Assembly (NCBI GenBank): GCA_964513845.1
Contig: CAZENT010000006.1
Coordinates: 1 to 57,483 of the forward strand
Reading direction: 5' to 3'
Source of the DNA: an uncultured Pseudomonadales bacterium
Lineage (GTDB): Bacteria; Patescibacteriota; Microgenomatia; UBA1400; MFAQ01
Length of the DNA: 57,483 bases
How positions within the stretch are numbered: position 1 is the first letter of the stretch; every line of letters begins with the position of its first letter. Under the pieces are notes generated by a model, which was not told the DNA's origin, searched no databases, and saw only the letters and a program-made list of their open reading frames with translations. Both the position numbers and the translations under genes were made by a program. Positions 56,986-57,483 of the stretch are shown here, piece after piece.

Positions 56986-57067
56986 AATCCATCTTACAGC
57001 TCTCCACCAATAGGTTCTTTTTGTATTTCTAAAAAGGCAAATCCGAAAGCTATTATCTTCTCAAATA

Positions 57068-57267
57068 TTTTCCATTACATTCCGCAACGCTTTGTCCTTA
57101 TGAGGAAGTTATGAAATATGTAAATATATTTATAGTTTCGAAGTGCGTATCCAATTTAAAAAATATTGCGCAAAGCCAAAAAGCCCGGTTTCTTGAGTAG
57201 TCTCAAGAATTTTTGGCTGCAAGTAATGGATGGCTTTTGCGCAGGGCAAAAGAGCATCCGGTTTTTT
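57068..57267 (+). repeat. Structured repeat E6
   Basis: 57159-57267 aligns with E1 without gaps; 5' part carries the GTCCTTATGAGGAAGTT module. Confidence 0.85.
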
Positions 57268-57310
57268 AAATGGATATGCACAGCAGAAACTTAGAAATAT
57301 TTATCCTTTC

Positions 57311-57481
57311 TCAACTCCCAAAGAACCTAATCACCCCCACCATCCAATGCGCAATAACATACGTTGGCCAAGAAAATACTTGTGGCAGCACTTGCATCAG
57401 CACTCCAGTAATCATTAAAATCGGTACCAATGGCAATATCAAAATATTACTTAATACACCAATCCAGCTCATTCTTCCAAA
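57311..57481 (-). CDS. comEC: 3' end of ComEC membrane (Competence) domain gene, truncated by the window edge
   Basis: My translation: FGRMSWIGVLSNILILPLVPILMITG...RFFGS*, typical ComEC C-terminal FG..S...N...P pattern; upstream of the MBL gene. Confidence 0.7.
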   Translation of the reverse strand, partial: FGRMSWIGVLSNILILPLVPILMITGVLMQVLPQVFSWPTYVIAHWMVGVIRFFGS

Positions 57482-57483
57482 AT

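Overview
Bacterial chromosome segment in the standard genetic code (TGA serves as a stop). Gene content and style suggest Patescibacteria/CPR, probably Microgenomates-like (inference). Core genes: secE-nusG, rplK-rplA, rplJ-rplL, mreB, ndk, a WecB/TagA glycosyltransferase, competence genes (yraN, comM, dprA, split comEC), an M16 peptidase, a MacB-like ABC transporter with a 2425-aa Kelch/Fn3 surface protein, and four tRNAs (Arg-CCT, Pro-CGG, Ala-GGC, Ala-CGC). Many ORFans with strong SD sequences and three toxin-antitoxin pairs are interspersed, while many core genes look leaderless. The main unexplained feature is at 17178-22976: two arrays holding six single-gene cassettes. Each cassette is bounded by 16-bp inverted repeats (TGGATACYCAAAACGG) and carries a conserved multi-hairpin leader and a terminator-like trailer. 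Intact junctions have a conserved 21-bp spacer. Each array starts with a shared promoter/header and ends in a 64-bp hairpin. No recombinase is encoded in the window. Also notable: a dispersed family of covarying structured repeats (31961-57267), a probable large structured RNA (22430-22790), a divergent sortase-substrate pair, an M23-SLT fusion, and an L1 protein with an alpha-CTD/HhH-like N-terminal extension. All domain calls are by eye; no searches were run.
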